This document shows, piece by piece, positions 48,701-55,417 of a stretch of DNA of 64,000 bases; positions within the stretch are counted from its first letter, which is position 1; each line of letters begins with the position of its first letter. Both the position numbers and the translations under genes were made by a program. The notes below the pieces were generated by a model. That model searched no databases. It was not told the origin of the DNA and saw nothing but the letters and a program-made list of their open reading frames with translations. The stretch spans positions 355-64,354 of the IMG/VR virus record IMGVR_UViG_3300005323_000003; one strand, 5' to 3'. This stretch comes from a virus. Lineage: Duplodnaviria > Caudoviricetes.

Positions 48701-50297
48701 AAAAATAACGGTCCGCATTAATGATCCTGACTTCTTTGTTGCATTGACTTCTCTAGGACCTCCCGGACAAAACTTTTTAATTGATACGTTCAGGGGCATC
48801 ACCCGAGTAATGAAAACTTTGACCACTGGCGCAAACTTGTTTTTCTCCGGCCGCAACTTAGCAAGAGATTTACCAACATCCTATATCAACGGAAAAAACA
48901 ATAATCCGTTTACCTGGGCGATTGGCATTTTAGATGCTACACGGCAAATTGCAACCGGGGATAGATTTGGCGAAGATGACTATTACGAACTGTATAGGTC
49001 AATGGGCGGCGGCATGTTTGCGTCGGCATCTGCTTCCAACCGTAATGTGCTGAAAGAAACAAAACAAGCTGTTATGCCTGGCTATTGGAGAAAAGACAAG
49101 AACGATCCTGTGTCGTATGCCTACAAAAGTTTGAGTGCTGCATTTGAAGGACTGGAACGGCTAACAAGCGCGATTGAAAGCGCGCCAAGGCTTAACGAGT
49201 TTAAGGGCGTACTTGAAGATATCAATAATAGCGACTATGCCAAAAAACTTGAAGCAAAATACGCATCCGGAGAGGTTACTGTAAATTTTAGCCGCCGGGG
49301 TGAATGGGGCTATACACTGGATGCGTTTGTGCCGTATTTGAATGCTTCAATCCAAGGTTTGGAAAGATTTTTGAGATTGTTTAAAGAAAACCCAAAAGCA
49401 GCAATAGCAAAAGGAATGCTGGCAATTACTGTACCAACAATATTGTTGTATCTAATAAATCATGATGATGACGACTGGAAAAAAGTCAGCAAGTACACCA
49501 AAGATAATTATTTCTTAATTCCTGCTCCTGGATTAACAGGAACGGACGGCAGGAAAAAGTTCATCAAAATTGCAAAGCCGCGTGAATGGGGAGTTGTATT
49601 TTCAGATTTACTGGAAAGATCACTGCAGGCTTGGGAAAATAAAGACCCAATGGCATTTAAAGATTACAAACAATCTTGGTTAAATAGTTTTGCACCTGCT
49701 TATCGCCCGATATTTTCTCCATTTTATGATGTAAGGGCAAACAAAAATTATACCGGGATGCCAATTGTGCCAGCTTATATGCAGTATCTTTCACCGGAAT
49801 TGCAGTACGATGAAACAACAAGCGCGTTGGCGTTGGAAATGGGAAAAATGTTAAAATCCTCACCCAAAAACATTGATTATATTTTACGAAGTTATTCTGG
49901 ATTCATAGGTCAGATGATCTTGCCGGCCATGTCAGAAGGCAGAGGCCAGGGAGGCGCAAGCAGAACATTTGAACCAATTAAGCGGTCATTTGTTGCCGAT
50001 CCGTTGTATTCAAATGATATAATCGATGAATTTTACAACATACGCGGCAAGCTAGATCAAGCGCAAACCGATTTTAAAGCAACAGGTAAACGCAACAAAG
50101 ATTACAACAATACGCAGCGTTTGGCTTTTAACAGAGTAGCAACCGATATAAGCAACATTAATAAACAAATACGCCAAATAAACGCAGACAAGACAATACC
50201 ATATAATCGTAAAGAAAAAATGGTTGAGCAGAAAAAAGCACAGGCAATTAGACTGGCTGAAAAAAGATTGGAGATATACAGAAAGGCAACAAAGTAA
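42795..50297 (+). CDS. Large polyvalent/ejection protein (2500 aa): ddrB-ParB-like, ART-PolyVal-like, HExxH peptidase-like and LPD38-like domains
   Basis: YAVVDANDVIASH...YPQELQPRDR...VESGNGR (~44.9-45.4 kb); FKKWFGDSKVVDENGKPLVVYHGS...GYDGII...FFPEQVKS (~46.2-46.8 kb); WHERGH (47145-47159); VNFSRRG...FVPYLNASIQG...IAKPREWG (~49.3-50.0 kb). Confidence 0.8.
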   Translation: MPTLDELMQSYGRTSNNADNGGSLDELMQNYGRKPSSLESTKQKNMLAGLGTTTAKTAKTNKIKSAQPLISNQQHQSDLNKSFDPINPIVQEALDINAKRGWNQEVNLGYKPQGIAGDIETSKIYRTLIGNPANEGFSLGEMLQAISMATPETAALTSRAGIGAVNATGKIAKPVADALKSIVKKAPTPVKKAAGIGAAVTGYETAKGASDKDYVNPISGNKTLPSQTGASLREGTGKMLENIGYTKPLRDSKLGKDIRDTGQKISEGYEVNRQPFTWSSLLDPDWYANNAASSLPSTLALIPLMFAGYKGTGAIAGKLGAGPFAKTIISSLGGAAMSRPVESSLEAANTYQQVLSETGDKDQANKAADIVFNKNLKLAGLDAAQLALAFAPSPVSKLGPAKSAVAKLVAETGTESLEEGYQQAVQQQASGADKRSIVQQILNPTADMKESMAIGGIFGAGMGGAGAINEYIANVKTETIKALPDQIMPQVQNRMNELTASGIDKATALNTVLDEAAQNPGMAKIISEIVKPEAEKIISKYSNIPMQINYMGQDIPEPNYNQPIPEISRQEETPQNNKVTPQQTKITQPTEVYSKSTGEKYNVLGQPNENVFVVTDQNGSRIIVPAGDVETRTAPKEEVAPQNTQNIEQNVQNKDIQQSEVQNINPQEMQALQNELEAGNQQAVSEQTAPVKNATESNKIVPGKVTKAKTERGTSVNSQYAVVDANDVIASHSTGLKQNKEYPQELQPRDRGRIASEDQVTRILNNLEPEFLGESPKASEGAPIVGPDMVVESGNGRIIALKRGYENNHKNMAAYKQWITNNAEKFGINAEQLNNIKNPVLVRVRQSEVNRANFVKEANEQSVAAMSATEQAMSDGKKLTSGLMSRFFPSDNGDVLAASNRGFIGDFVKEVIGPSERGRYITADGSISQEGATRIRNAVFSKAYGNIESIEKLAESTDDNIKNITNAMLITAPIFAKMKTAIESGELYPLDISGEIADAARKLSQLKEEGMPVSEYLGQQSMFGEELEPLAKDILEVFNKYNRSSKKIATILNGYVDNVISAGNPNQQSLWGSIKPPTKAEALQSALNVLEDTDGKETQATLFGNEAVRGQEIGEDNTGSAGKGTQGIKFKAAKQNVNQTETPEFKKWFGDSKVVDENGKPLVVYHGSPNDFNVFDIEKSDGMIWLASNIKYANKFTNDKSTPKELYASIKNPFNASNFRGEKTLSFWKNKLNNDGIDISKIDWDKVDFAPQYGKYYWYDLLPHAGNNYAKTGTLDAIKNAGYDGIISPSEKQEEISSGKTFVAFFPEQVKSINNQGTWNANNPDIRYKVERGAQNVYQNEFWRESNYPSGTTKGINSEGITETEQGRYVRLLEQIHGTEPGQEAYRIVPDALKDEKFSAAIKIGNEIGLKVVPFAYANPENAAFDGFITPEGEMFIDANGTFSPEAIAWHERGHWANRNAMGYGNLESLVIQRLEDTNPDGMKKLVEYYQDQYGGTYNKDDILEEFISDMFAQAFSKGEAFFTGAELEERLNGYINEVLAKVEEVNRLGAQKQEKTAAKRALPGTPEYQRMILSGIGTPVAMKAVKQQAKPPGPDTSKHIVSKLENKPLANQLSKENLGRMWGRFYGRFVDDLYKLDKFDKVVQSNGRQLSAAEKAYMLAMSSRSAAGTAKFNLEEAMTDREFNKVGVSLKKVLEKIPEGKETEFNDYLILRNSISWMQQGKQVYSKEYGVSEYVDNIAALRKKLDRTDPEDTEALSALNKEIDNQMNMIMNKLVKPRMDWYEKKIPGLKAAANDLVNWLSKFTETWLVKDNGLLTQDAWDKFRESHPYYVPFYRQLNEVEEMNAGKGIRSGYANQPYQTKRAKGSQRQIVDPIESIIEQVFRYVNASRRNEVMQTVIHQLLWQPEELAGFAEIDFDVFKNDAREAIQDYLFNEGVEGVIDRLDEVFKKQNMYSSTKPNEVTGIWFGQKITVRINDPDFFVALTSLGPPGQNFLIDTFRGITRVMKTLTTGANLFFSGRNLARDLPTSYINGKNNNPFTWAIGILDATRQIATGDRFGEDDYYELYRSMGGGMFASASASNRNVLKETKQAVMPGYWRKDKNDPVSYAYKSLSAAFEGLERLTSAIESAPRLNEFKGVLEDINNSDYAKKLEAKYASGEVTVNFSRRGEWGYTLDAFVPYLNASIQGLERFLRLFKENPKAAIAKGMLAITVPTILLYLINHDDDDWKKVSKYTKDNYFLIPAPGLTGTDGRKKFIKIAKPREWGVVFSDLLERSLQAWENKDPMAFKDYKQSWLNSFAPAYRPIFSPFYDVRANKNYTGMPIVPAYMQYLSPELQYDETTSALALEMGKMLKSSPKNIDYILRSYSGFIGQMILPAMSEGRGQGGASRTFEPIKRSFVADPLYSNDIIDEFYNIRGKLDQAQTDFKATGKRNKDYNNTQRLAFNRVATDISNINKQIRQINADKTIPYNRKEKMVEQKKAQAIRLAEKRLEIYRKATK

Positions 50298-50486
50298 TTA
50301 TTTCTCAAATATAAAATATCCAACACACATTAAAATAATAAAACCTATATAAATACCTTCAACCCAATTGTTGCCACGCCAATAATTTAATGCAAAAATA
50401 ACAAAAATAACAACCGACCAACCAATTACATCAGGCCAGTAAATCCTGTCAAGTTTTTCTCTTATATTGACTATCAGTTGTTTCAA
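50298..50486 (-). CDS. Small two-helix membrane protein (62 aa)
   Basis: RBS AAGGAG before TTG; two hydrophobic segments; convergent with the giant gene. Confidence 0.6.
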   Translation of the reverse strand: MKQLIVNIREKLDRIYWPDVIGWSVVIFVIFALNYWRGNNWVEGIYIGFIILMCVGYFIFEK

Positions 50487-50585
50487 AAAATCATCTCCTT
50501 TTTATTAATTATATGCAGAAACCATTAATTTACAAACTAAATATCTTTGTTCCAGGGGGCCGAAAATGGCCCCCAAAAAATTTGC

Positions 50586-50622
50586 TTGACATACTTCAAA
50601 TGTTTAACTATGATTAATCATA
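50586..50622 (+). promoter_or_regulatory. sigmaA promoter with a palindromic operator
   Basis: TTGACA(50586)-17bp-TATGAT(50609); perfect palindrome TATGATTAATCATA at 50609-50622. Confidence 0.8.
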
Positions 50623-50644
50623 ATAAATCAAATGGAGGTGTTAA

Positions 50645-50815
50645 ATGGATACCAAATATATAACTCTTGAAGAGTTAAGCCAGATACTAAAGATAAGTAG
50701 GACCACAATTGACAGGTGGAGGCGGGAAGGTCTTCCCTATGAAAAGGTTGGCCGCGGTATCAGGTTTGATCAAGAAAAAACATTTAAATGGATCAAAGAA
50801 AACAAAAGTAAATAA
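50645..50815 (+). CDS. Excisionase/MerR-like HTH protein (56 aa)
   Basis: YITLEELSQILKISRTTIDRWRREGLPYEKVGRGIRFDQEKTFKWI; RBS GGAGGTG; missing from the ORF track. Confidence 0.8.
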   Translation: MDTKYITLEELSQILKISRTTIDRWRREGLPYEKVGRGIRFDQEKTFKWIKENKSK

Positions 50816-50955
50816 AAGGAAGCTGTCTCCGGCAAGAGTAACCAGCTTCCTCAGACGAACACCCTCAAAAGAGGATAGATCATTTATTATTATAATCCTT
50901 TGTAAAAATCATGGCAAGCAATCCTCTTCCGGGTGATTATGAAGGAGGTATTTTA

Positions 50956-51048
50956 TTGGATATCGTGATTACCATAACACACCCGAACGGAACCGGAGAA
51001 ACACAGGCTTATGAAAACGGTAATGCCAAAATAGTTGTTGTTTATTAA
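50956..51048 (+). CDS. 30-aa peptide
   Basis: Strong RBS GAAGGAGG before TTG; MDIVITITHPNGTGETQAYENGNAKIVVVY. Confidence 0.45.
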   Translation: MDIVITITHPNGTGETQAYENGNAKIVVVY

Positions 51049-51066
51049 GGGAGAGGGGGAATAAAT

Positions 51067-51840
51067 TTGAATAATTTAGTCCAGGTTTTTAACTATGAAA
51101 ACAGTTCGATAAGAATATCTATTGTTGAAAATCAACCCTGGTGGATAGCAAAAGATTTATGCGACATTCTTGATCTTGGAGATACGGGACGCGCAGTTAA
51201 AAGATTAGAGGAAGATGAAGGTACCCGAATTGAAATCGCCCACCCCCAAAACCCAGATAAAACAATAAATGTGCTTGCCGTTAACGAGTCCGGATTATAT
51301 TCGCTTATTCTGGGTAGCCGCAAACCAGAAGCTAAGCAGTTTAAGCGTTGGATTACAAGGGAAGTGATACCTTCTATACGAAAATACGGCGGATATCTTA
51401 CACCTGAAAAGACAGAAGAAATATTACTCAATCCTGATACGATTATCAGGCTGGCAACCGATTTGAAAAATGAACGCGAGGCCCGGCAAGCATTAGAAAC
51501 TAAAGTTGAAGAAGATAAGCCAAAGGTAATCTTTGCTGATAGCGTTGTTGCATCAAAAAGTTCAATTCTGGTACGGGAACTTGCAAAATTGTTGCAACAA
51601 AACGGAGTTAAAACCGGAGAGAAACGATTGTATGAGTACATGCGCGAAAAAGGTTATTTGATCCGCAAGCCCGGAAACGATTATAATACTCCAACACAAA
51701 GAGCAATGCAAATGGGATTATTTGAGGTTAAGAAAACCGTCATTACACATTCAGATGGGAAAATAACTGTTAATACTACTCCTAAAGTAACCGGCAAAGG
51801 GCAGATGTATTTTATAAACAAACTTCGAGAAACTTCATAG
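51067..51840 (+). CDS. ant: Antirepressor (Bro-N + ANT/KilAC)
   Basis: PWWIAKDLCDIL...VNESGLYSLILGSRKPEAKQFKRWITREVIPSIRKYGGY; KPKVIFADSV...PTQRAM...TPKVTGKGQMYFINK. Confidence 0.95.
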   Translation: MNNLVQVFNYENSSIRISIVENQPWWIAKDLCDILDLGDTGRAVKRLEEDEGTRIEIAHPQNPDKTINVLAVNESGLYSLILGSRKPEAKQFKRWITREVIPSIRKYGGYLTPEKTEEILLNPDTIIRLATDLKNEREARQALETKVEEDKPKVIFADSVVASKSSILVRELAKLLQQNGVKTGEKRLYEYMREKGYLIRKPGNDYNTPTQRAMQMGLFEVKKTVITHSDGKITVNTTPKVTGKGQMYFINKLRETS

Positions 51841-51870
51841 CGATACCAAATAACTAACAAACTTATCAAC

Positions 51871-51899
51871 AGGGGGCCGCAAAGGCCCCCTTTCTCTTT
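51871..51899 (+). terminator. Intrinsic terminator
   Basis: AGGGGGCC-GCAAA-GGCCCCCT then TTCTCTTT. Confidence 0.75.
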
Positions 51900-52082
51900 G
51901 AGGCACGCAGGGCAACCCGCCACGTTGGGAAAGCAGGAAAGTGCTGCAACACTTTTACGCCCCGCACAAACAGGGTAACACATTTATTGAACGTTGGGGA
52001 GTGATAATTTTGATTAACAAAATTAGACGGAAAAAGGAAATTGCATTTACCCCCATCATAATTTAGATGGGCGGTGAAATAG

Positions 52083-52433
52083 ATGCAAAAAAAACACATG
52101 TATGCTTTGGCCGCAATATTTATACTGGCCATGATTGGAATCGGTATTTTGTGCTACGAAATAGGTGTTCATAACGCAAAAAGCATAAACCAAACGCAAT
52201 CTCAGTCACAGGTAATTAACATTGATAGTCAGTACAACAACAATGAGAAAATTAATTTAAACACTGCCTCAAAGGAAGAATTAATGTTGCTGCCAGGAAT
52301 CGGAGAAATTTTATCTCAAAGGATTATTGATTATCGGAAAAACAACCCGTTTGATTCAATTTATGAACTGGTAAACATCAAGGGAATTGGAGAAGGAAAA
52401 CTCAAAGCTATTGAAGGGAGGGCTACGGTTTGA
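52083..52433 (+). CDS. Membrane-anchored ComEA-like helix-hairpin-helix DNA-binding protein
   Basis: N-terminal TM helix; [55 protein letters not shown]. Confidence 0.9.
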   Translation: MQKKHMYALAAIFILAMIGIGILCYEIGVHNAKSINQTQSQSQVINIDSQYNNNEKINLNTASKEELMLLPGIGEILSQRIIDYRKNNPFDSIYELVNIKGIGEGKLKAIEGRATV

Positions 52434-52810
52434 GCTGGGACGATGCAATAAAATTGGTATCTTTGTTTATTCCGATCATAGCAACCATTGTGGGACTTGT
52501 TGTATGGCTTGTGAAGGATATGCGGAAAGCCAGTGCGGTAAGGGAAAAAGCCAAATTAGAAAAGGAAAAGGAAGAAACCAAAGAAAAAGAATATCTCAGA
52601 AAAGAAGCTATCAGGCGAGAAGATTATATCATTAATCAGGCGGAAAAAAGAGAGACATTACTAATGGAACACATTAAATTGCTTGACGAATCGCAAAATG
52701 AAATTGCTTCTTCTCTAAGAGAGTTAGCGACAAGTTTACAAGAAACAAATAAGAAAGTAGATGTTATTCAAAATGATGTTCAAGAATTGAAAAAAAGAGA
52801 AGTTTGTTAA
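52430..52810 (+). CDS. Holin-like/accessory lysis membrane protein
   Basis: One N-terminal TM helix plus coiled coil; immediately before the endolysin. Confidence 0.6.
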   Translation: MSWDDAIKLVSLFIPIIATIVGLVVWLVKDMRKASAVREKAKLEKEKEETKEKEYLRKEAIRREDYIINQAEKRETLLMEHIKLLDESQNEIASSLRELATSLQETNKKVDVIQNDVQELKKREVC

Positions 52811-52847
52811 GCCCAAATTGGGCTTCTATTTTTGAAGGGATGATTTT

Positions 52848-53501
52848 ATGAATATTATCAGAAAGCTTAGCCCCAATTTTACAGCCGGCCGCAATGGTAA
52901 AAAAATTATTGCTATTGTCAACCATCAGACTGCCGGCAAAGGAACCGGATCGCTTAGCTGGTTAAGCAATCCAAAGTCATCCGCATCCGCACACTATCTT
53001 ATTTATCGTGACGGAACCGTATATCAGCTTGTTAACGACTCAGACACTGCGTGGCATTCTGGCGCGGTCAATAAACCGTCCTGGACGTTGTACGACGAAA
53101 CAAATCCAAACCGGTACACAATTGGCATAGAGCACGAATGTTATCCAGAAGTAGGTGGAGATGGAAACCTAACCGAAGTGCAGTATCAAGCAACCATGGA
53201 ACTGCAAAAACAGTTAATCAAGACATATGGTATACCGATTGACCGTGAACACATTATTGGACATTACCAGATTGACAGCGTAAACCGGCCCAATTGTCCG
53301 GGAAAAGCATTTCCCTGGGAGAGGCTTATGAAAGATTTGAAAGGAGCGAATACAGTGGAAGATTGGAAACTAAAGATTATGGCGGAGGCAGAAGCAGAAG
53401 GATTGGTCATGCCTAATGTACATCATGCAGAAGAACCAGCGGACAAATGGTTTGTGTTGGCTGTAGCTCTCAATGTATTTAAAAAGGTGGTGGGTAAATA
53501 A
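52848..53501 (+). CDS. Endolysin, N-acetylmuramoyl-L-alanine amidase (Amidase_2)
   Basis: IVNHQTAG...SAHYLI...AWHSG...TIGIEHE...IIGHYQID...CPG. Confidence 0.9.
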   Translation: MNIIRKLSPNFTAGRNGKKIIAIVNHQTAGKGTGSLSWLSNPKSSASAHYLIYRDGTVYQLVNDSDTAWHSGAVNKPSWTLYDETNPNRYTIGIEHECYPEVGGDGNLTEVQYQATMELQKQLIKTYGIPIDREHIIGHYQIDSVNRPNCPGKAFPWERLMKDLKGANTVEDWKLKIMAEAEAEGLVMPNVHHAEEPADKWFVLAVALNVFKKVVGK

Positions 53502-53716
53502 TGACGATGACACCGGAAAAGAAAAAGGCACTCTACAAGCGTTTTACTAGCCCGGCATTTTATTTAGCTCTGCTGGGAGCAGTTAAGTTAATGACGGATG
53601 CATTTGGAGCAAAGATTATATCTGACGAACAAGTTAATGCAGTTGCCAACGGAGCGGCTACTATCTTTGCCACGATAGGCATATTCTGGGGCTACGAATC
53701 AAATAGCGAGCAATAG
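53501..53716 (+). CDS. Holin
   Basis: 71 aa, two TM helices, SPAFYLALLGAV...IGIFWG; TAATG overlap with the endolysin. Confidence 0.8.
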   Translation: MTMTPEKKKALYKRFTSPAFYLALLGAVKLMTDAFGAKIISDEQVNAVANGAATIFATIGIFWGYESNSEQ

Positions 53717-53789
53717 GAGAGGGGGCGATCCTTTATCTGCCGGAAGCCTACAACGCTTTCAATACAGATGAAGGGATGTGAAAACCAAC

Positions 53790-53817
53790 GGGGGCAGAAA
53801 TGCCCCCTCTATTTTTG
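53790..53817 (+). terminator. Intrinsic terminator of the lysis operon
   Basis: GGGGGCA-GAAA-TGCCCCC then TCTATTTTTG. Confidence 0.75.
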
Positions 53818-53822
53818 TTTTC

Positions 53823-54232
53823 TGCTCACTTTCTGCTCACACGGCTAAAATTTTATTATAAAAATTATCATGCAACGTGAAAGCATGACATTTAAAAACA
53901 GGTTAGAAATACCAATATTATAGCAATCTTTAAATTATAATAAAAAACACGAAACGTTAAAAATTGCTATTATTTTATTGAGAGTGTGACTCTTAATCAG
54001 AAGGTTGCAGGTTCGATTCCTGCATGGCCCACCAATTAGATATGCGGTATCATCGGGGATTATGGCAAGTAGTGTGAGCAGTGATTTTACAATTATTTGG
54101 AAACATGCTCACTTTTACATCACTCGTACAAACGTTCTCATGATTTTAGCTTACGTTTTACCTTGTATTTTTCAGATGGTTTTTTCTCTTCCGGGGGAGA
54201 AAATTGTAAATCAAGTTTGTTCACTTGCTCAC
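53823..54232. repeat. Putative integrase arm-type sites
   Basis: TGCTCAC at 53823, 53834, 54106, 54226 and inverted GTGAGCA at 54074. Confidence 0.65.
53987..54034 (+). other. att core: 3' half of tRNA-Lys(CTT)
   Basis: TGA-CTCTTAA-TCA anticodon arm, GCAGG-TTCGATT-CCTGC T arm, ATGGCCC-A-CCA end; no 5' acceptor or D arm upstream. Confidence 0.9.
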
Positions 54233-55304
54233 GCCGGCGGTCAATGTTTGGATTAATATAAATATCATTTGTGATAACAATAGTTGAGTGCCCTAATTCT
54301 TCAGACACATCTTTAGCTTCGGCCCCTCCTTCAAATAACAATGTTGCATGAGAATGGCGCAGATCGTGAAAGCGTGATTTTTCATTTAAGCCCAGCTTTT
54401 TCAAAACCTTGTTGTATTTTTTTGTTACCTCATTAGGATCAACCGGCCGGCCGTCATGCCAAGTTACAATTAAATTCTCTTCATTATAATTATCACCTTG
54501 AAAAACCTTTTTCCATTCCTCTTGTTTCTCTTTTTGTTTCAGCAATTCTTTTTTCAGAAATGGCGTTATCGGAACCAGTCTTCCTTTTCCGTTCTTAGTA
54601 TCTTCAATTACAATTCCTATACCGGTTTGTCTCTTGGCGCAATAATCCACCTTCAGCAGATCGTTTTCAAAATTAATTTCATTCCAATGTAAGCCGCAAG
54701 TTTCCCCGCGCCTCATACCGGTCATGATTGACAGTATAACAGATATGTACCGGGGATCATTCTGCATCATTTCAAATATTTTTGTTATGTCCTGGGCAGA
54801 TAACAACGTCGGGCGAAACTTTTTCTTTGACGGAGGCATTACTGAGTCGCATGGGTTATCATGCAATCGTACAGGAATACTTTGGTTAAATGCCTTCCGT
54901 AGTATCCGGTGATGGTAATTGATCGTTGTAGACGAAATTACAGCCTCAGTTTGCTTGTACTTATAATATTCGGCCAAATGAACCGGTGTTAATTGTTCTA
55001 GGAATATATCTCCAAGATACGGCTTGATATGTAATTTTATTTCTTCCTTATAAGACTTCAAAGTATTATAGGCAAGGTGCTGACAGCCTAGCTCTAACCA
55101 TGCGTCAAGAAACTTTCCGACGGTCAGATCACCTTGTCCGATATAATAGCCGTGTTTGGCCTCGTATTTTAGTTTTATCTCTTCTTTTCTGGCATCCTCT
55201 GCTTTTCCGTAAAAAGTAACGGTATGCTGATGACGCTTGCCTTCTTTATCCTTGCCTAATTCTATGACTATTTCCCATGCTTTGCCACGCTTACGTATGC
55301 TCAT
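54138..55304 (-). CDS. int: Tyrosine integrase
   Basis: Arm-binding N-terminus; TGMRRGETCGL, FHDLRHSHAT, LGHSTIVITNDIY catalytic motifs. Confidence 0.95.
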   Translation of the reverse strand: MSIRKRGKAWEIVIELGKDKEGKRHQHTVTFYGKAEDARKEEIKLKYEAKHGYYIGQGDLTVGKFLDAWLELGCQHLAYNTLKSYKEEIKLHIKPYLGDIFLEQLTPVHLAEYYKYKQTEAVISSTTINYHHRILRKAFNQSIPVRLHDNPCDSVMPPSKKKFRPTLLSAQDITKIFEMMQNDPRYISVILSIMTGMRRGETCGLHWNEINFENDLLKVDYCAKRQTGIGIVIEDTKNGKGRLVPITPFLKKELLKQKEKQEEWKKVFQGDNYNEENLIVTWHDGRPVDPNEVTKKYNKVLKKLGLNEKSRFHDLRHSHATLLFEGGAEAKDVSEELGHSTIVITNDIYINPNIDRRREQVNKLDLQFSPPEEKKPSEKYKVKRKLKS

Positions 55305-55417
55305 AAATACCTCAATATGTAATCAAAAAATATCTGCAATATCTTATATAACCAATAAACAACAAATGCTATTCCGGCAATTTTGGCACATCGAGCATAA
55401 TATGGATGCAAATTCAT
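55301..55417 (-). CDS. 38-aa single-TM peptide coupled to the integrase
   Basis: RBS AAAGGAG; MNLHPYYARCAKIAGIAFVVYWLYKILQIFFDYILRYL; TGA overlaps the int ATG. Confidence 0.6.
   Translation of the reverse strand: MNLHPYYARCAKIAGIAFVVYWLYKILQIFFDYILRYL

Noticed and set aside
42795-50297. Tape measure protein
   Set aside because: No TMP-type repeats or tail tube/chaperone neighbours; enzymatic domains and LPD38-like end fit an ejection/polyvalent protein
50555-50574. GGGGGCC/GGCCCCC hairpin as a terminator
   Set aside because: No U tract follows it on either strand; function unclear
51900-51990. c-di-GMP-I riboswitch-like start (GCACGCAGGGCAACC) upstream of the ComEA-like gene
   Set aside because: Lacks the GACGCAAAG junction and the P2/P3 architecture; only weak local hairpins
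53987-54034. Functional tRNA-Lys gene
   Set aside because: The 5' acceptor strand and D arm are missing and the anticodon stem is mismatched upstream of 53987; treated as an att core
54005-54256. 83-aa plus-strand ORF from the track
   Set aside because: Overlaps the att core and the integrase antisense; no RBS
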